Both the position numbers and the translations under genes were made by a program. A stretch of 64,000 bases of DNA from Eledone cirrhosa (lineage: Eukaryota), in NCBI GenBank assembly GCA_964016885.1, contig OZ024740.1, positions 347,386,001 to 347,450,000 on the forward strand. Direction: 5' to 3'. This document shows, in pieces, positions 61,201 to 64,000 of this stretch (positions within the stretch are counted from its first letter, which is position 1; each line of letters opens with the position of its first letter). A model generated the notes under the pieces. It did not search any database, was not told where the DNA came from, and saw only the letters and a program-made list of their open reading frames with translations.

Positions 61201-61639
61201 CTAAGATGCCGTTCCAGTCGCCCACTAACACTAAAGAGCGGGACGTTCCAAGAAAGGTCTCCAGACGCCGGAAGAAATCAGGCCGCCCTGCTCCTGTCGG
61301 GGCATAGACGGCCACTAGCCTGAAAGCTTGCCCGTCTCCGCTGGTCACGTCCAGCACCACCAGCTTACCCTCTGGGTCCAGGAAGATGGCCCGTATGGCG
61401 AGATCCACACCTCTCCGAAAAAGTACAGCAACTCCTCCACCGGATCCAGGACGGCTGGGAGATGCGTACACATCGTAGCCGCCGAAGATCGGTGCGAAGG
61501 CCCGTGCTTCGGAGATTCTGGTCTCGCTGATGGCCACTACATCTATGTTTAGTGACCTGAGGTCGTTGAGCAGGTGACCCTGCTTCCATGACGACCCCAA
61601 GCCACGCGCATTTATGCTGCCTATTCTGAGTGAGGTCAT
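58220..61639 (-). CDS. Tx1-type ORF2: APE endonuclease, reverse transcriptase and C-terminal zinc finger (1139 aa, intact)
   Basis: SINARGL, ISET, VYAP, GDWN, YLDR, TDH (APE); GYWKLN; KSPGLDGL, FRPITLLN, DQSKAFDRV, VRQGCPLS, AYADD (RT); CPRC..ETVLHALVQC. Confidence 0.97.
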   Translation of the reverse strand: MTSLRIGSINARGLGSSWKQGHLLNDLRSLNIDVVAISETRISEARAFAPIFGGYDVYASPSRPGSGGGVAVLFRRGVDLAIRAIFLDPEGKLVVLDVTSGDGQAFRLVAVYAPTGAGRPDFFRRLETFLGTSRSLVLVGDWNGILDARWDCVGLADRGGGCKSLTNLLRRFELSDRYRLDFPNVPMWTWTNRIGSSRSYLDRVFCREIDRSSIGCPQFKIVSYTDHKFVICVLDLDRLHRRGPGYWKLNASLPARKAYRDRISELVKRALTGAIVNNKWWFALKRAIRIESIRFSKALAIEKNRAEGELVRKLDEALSKGIATDVLAAKLALDQFFNANHEGCVVRARVRALRHEGTKAVQWARVAEARRGNKATIRSLVDHDGRMLLDPGQMCEAFQRHFAQLFGGSGGPGRGMDFSVYLDGLPRLSATEAKCCEKPITAAEVREAMTGCTRGKSPGLDGLPYELYVQMPDLFGGLLADVYCNWQQNGRIPSSVSRGAVALLRKDPNKGDNIDNFRPITLLNTEFKILAKVLAKRLALVVGGLVGEAQTCAIPDRSIHDNLHLMRYIVERVAREPGTGGSLINLDQSKAFDRVDHRYLAAVLRAAGFGPVFRGWIAAMHSDICSVVRVNGHLSEPFNIMRSVRQGCPLSSLLYVLTLEPLLHKLETLRGVPRELGCGRSVSAYADDVTVVVSNAKHIEAIGTTLREYEAVTGAMINQEKSVGLQLGTWRGRSMPSNSVVGRWTDGPVKLLGVWFGPDLQTDKNWDEVTSRVASLTQKWAERKLSLKGRAEVANAYIASVICYRLTVVPCPKPRLTALERLLFRFLWKGRAPMVRRSICCQHPLRGGLGMPWLMMRRHALRLRHLHLFLDGDQVWSPFARRVFPQLVSLTELQSWVKRRPRGSAWRLECLQALTALDQSGNVIGGNSTSAFYRGLVEGKSDDVLGETLGVDENQLANLFGRTFGPGPMDNFQKSLAWQCYRGALPVRDKLYRHGGAVCRACPRCAQGDETVLHALVQCPKIADLWVHVEHLLSRLGRIQLSSESIVRIAPPSSFSREGQAVFICLVAMAKEIVWWTRLKGLKTSTYLFGDALIDFFKFHLKRKIRVEKEVLSSQHFVERWVREARMARVNGPTLSIYL

Positions 61640-62047
61640 GTTTAAAATAGAGTGGAAAAGATGGGAAAGACCACTTACCGTACTTTTGGTAGAGGAGGGA
61701 TGGTTTTTACATCCCTTTTCACTTGATCGTCTGGTGAAGGGACCGTTGAATCGTCCCTTCGGCTGGTCGTCGGCTCTTCTAAGAGAATGTCTGAGTATAC
61801 TCTTCGATTGATGGTTCCTCCTAGGTCCCTGAAATCACCAACTGCGTTGGGGAATTTCGTTTTAATATTTGTGTATTGTTTCTGTGCTATTTTTAGCAGT
61901 CTTATGTTAGTTGGCGTTTTGATTGGTGCTTGTATTATGTAGTCCTGTTGTGAAATGTCTGTGTGTTCAATTATGTAAGTCATTAGTTTCTTGTTGTGTG
62001 TATTTATTGCCGTGCATTTGTTTTTCTGGGGGTGGGGTGTGGTTCTG

Positions 62048-63148
62048 CTATTTTCTTGTCGTTGTTGCTGGGTGTGTGTGTTTTGTTGTTGTGTTTGCGA
62101 TGTTGGTGCTTGTGGTGGTGGTGTTGAAGGTGTTGTTGTTGTTGGCGGTGGGGTTGTCTCTTACTTTTTTCTGTACTTGCAGTACAGTTGTTTTGTCCTC
62201 GATTCCGACGAGGACAGACGCGGCCAGCCAAGAAGGGGCCATTCCGGGGGGGACGTGGGTCAGTTTGACCCTCACAATTTTTTGCCCGCAGTAGGAGGGC
62301 ACCAACACCATTTCCTCGCTCCTTAGGGTCACTACGGATTGGGCCTTTGCCTCCTGGGGTGTGGCAAAAAGTACGTCTACGGTGGCATATTTTTCGCCTC
62401 GGGTGATGTGCGTTTTCCGCTGCCACACAGACCCCAAGGCTTTTTGTATTTGGTCCTCTGTGGCTCTTTCCACCCTACGGGATTTTGTACTTACTGTACG
62501 GTACGTGACCGTACAGTGCTGTTGGGTTTCGAAAAAATTTTCCGCTGCCTTGCAGATTGCTCGGTGTCCATTCTTTGTCACCATCTTCTTCGCTTCCTCT
62601 AATTCCTCATTTGTTATGAGGATTGTTTCCAAGTTTTTCGCAATACCTGCAAATGAGATTGGTTTTTCTTTGCTGCTGTTGTTGTTGTTGTCGTCAGAGC
62701 TGCTGTTACTTTTGTTGTTGCTGCAGGTACTACGACTACTGCCTTCGCCGCTGTTGCTGTGGTTGTTGTTGGTGTTGCTGCTGCTAATGCTGTTGTTGTT
62801 TATGCTGCTGGTGATGCTGTTGCGGCTGCTACTGTTGTTTTCATTGTCACTGTTGCTGTTGTTATTACGGCTGCTACTGCTATTATTCCTGACGTCAGAC
62901 GAATGAACTGGGTTTTCGTATTTCCCGCACACCTGTTTCGTCGCTGTCGTCGTCGTCGTGGAGAAACCTTGCACGCTTTGCACGAGACTTTTCTTTTCTT
63001 TCGTCGCTTGCGAAAGAGAAGGGAGGGAGAGAGACACATTTAAAGAAGGGAGGGAGAGAGACAATCTTCTCTCTGCTGTAGTGATGATTGAGGAAGAAGA
63101 AGACGGAATGAGTGGGAGTGACCTATGCAAATTCTTTTTCGTAGCCAT
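62048..63148 (-). CDS. LINE ORF1, probably disrupted; continues as 61675-61983
   Basis: Lies upstream of ORF2. N/S-rich tract, ISFAGIAK motif, VRVKLTHVPP (RRM-like). No zinc knuckle. A premature stop is followed by a second reading ending 35 nt before the ORF2 ATG. Confidence 0.65.
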   Translation of the reverse strand: MATKKNLHRSLPLIPSSSSSIITTAERRLSLSLPSLNVSLSLPSLSQATKEKKSLVQSVQGFSTTTTTATKQVCGKYENPVHSSDVRNNSSSSRNNNSNSDNENNSSSRNSITSSINNNSISSSNTNNNHSNSGEGSSRSTCSNNKSNSSSDDNNNNSSKEKPISFAGIAKNLETILITNEELEEAKKMVTKNGHRAICKAAENFFETQQHCTVTYRTVSTKSRRVERATEDQIQKALGSVWQRKTHITRGEKYATVDVLFATPQEAKAQSVVTLRSEEMVLVPSYCGQKIVRVKLTHVPPGMAPSWLAASVLVGIEDKTTVLQVQKKVRDNPTANNNNTFNTTTTSTNIANTTTKHTHPATTTRK

Positions 63149-63434
63149 GTTGATTTTTTTGTTTAAAATAAATATTGGGTACAAAACCCCAATAAGCAGT
63201 TATTTAACCCCGAAGAGCCGAATAACGGGCAGAAAGACCCCTCTCACGAGGAGGAGGGTGTTTTTGTCTACAAGTTCGTTAAAGTTTTAAACAATTTACA
63301 ATTGTTATAGTGTTCAAAATTTACAATACCTTACAGAGCCGAGCCTCCGTCAACCATAGCATTCAATAATAATAATAATAATAATAATAGTGATAATAAT
63401 AATAAAAAGAAAAAGGGGAAGAAAAATTAATTTT

Positions 63435-63870
63435 CATGTACTTGTTCATTCAGAGAAGAGAGTTCATTACTCTGTCCATCCTTCTCTGCTTATAACTTTG
63501 TCGTGACTGGTAGTAGTAGAGGGTAGAAGAAGGAGAGGAGACGAGAAGAAGGGGGAGGTGGAGGAGGCAAGGGTTAGTTGTGTTGGCAGACTGGTGTGAG
63601 AGACCTTTCAGGAGTTTCTGCTGAAGATAGAATGGGCATTCCAGTGGCAAAATTGTCTCCATTCCCCTAAATCTGAAATTTCTCCTAGGGATGGAATGAG
63701 TATTTCAATAACTCTGAATCTTCTTTATGGCAAATAAACAAGGTCAATGTTGATGAATTCTTCCAACTAAAAAGCCTTCTTTTACCCTCTCCTACTACCA
63801 GTCACAATTAAGCTATCAGCAGAAAAGAATGGAAAGAGAAATGAACTCTCTTCTCTGAATGAACATGTAT
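63435..63870. repeat. Diverged foldback bounded by (AAT)n and (ATT)n
   Basis: 63443-63533 is reverse-complement similar to 63775-63865. Confidence 0.7.
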
Positions 63871-63871
63871 G

Positions 63872-63915
<44 letters not shown>

Positions 63916-64000
63916 GGCGACCTATGTAGTAAATCGTATCATCGTGAGCTCCGCAAAGGTTTGTTATTTCCGTTCGTTAAAAATTGTCATTTATGGAAAA

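Larger units (their letters stand above)
57958..63364 (-). mobile_element. Near full-length Tx1/L1-clade LINE inserted in (AAT)n
   Basis: 5' UTR, ORF1, ORF2 and 3' UTR with AATAAA. (AAT)n tracts abut both ends (57890-57957 and 63365-63388). Confidence 0.92.

Noticed and set aside
58292-61811. Antisense and alternate-frame ORFs over the Tx1 ORF2
   Set aside because: Expected shadow ORFs of a GC-rich coding sequence; no independent motifs.

Overview
AT-rich, microsatellite-dense animal genomic DNA. The SINE family and repeat landscape suggest a cephalopod, probably Octopus (inference). Most ORF-track entries are translated microsatellites. The only host gene I can support is a secreted Kazal-type protease inhibitor on + (signal-peptide exon 45181-45217, Kazal exon 53663-53795; last exon not found). 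The rest is mobile DNA: a near full-length Tx1-clade LINE with intact ORF2 inserted in an (AAT)n tract, several Penelope-like elements (PLEs, one Naiad-like), many tRNA-derived SINEs, a non-autonomous Helitron carrying a foldback and captured DNA, and mariner, RTE and CRE remnants. The main hidden signal is about 20 type I hammerhead ribozyme (HHR) motifs from about 10 families with dissimilar flanking sequence, some with non-canonical cores (U3:A8). They include a 522-523 bp HHR tandem array (retrozyme-like) and many foldback insertions in (TA)n tracts whose ribozyme-sense strands always point outward. All ribozyme folds were paired by eye; none was computed or tested.
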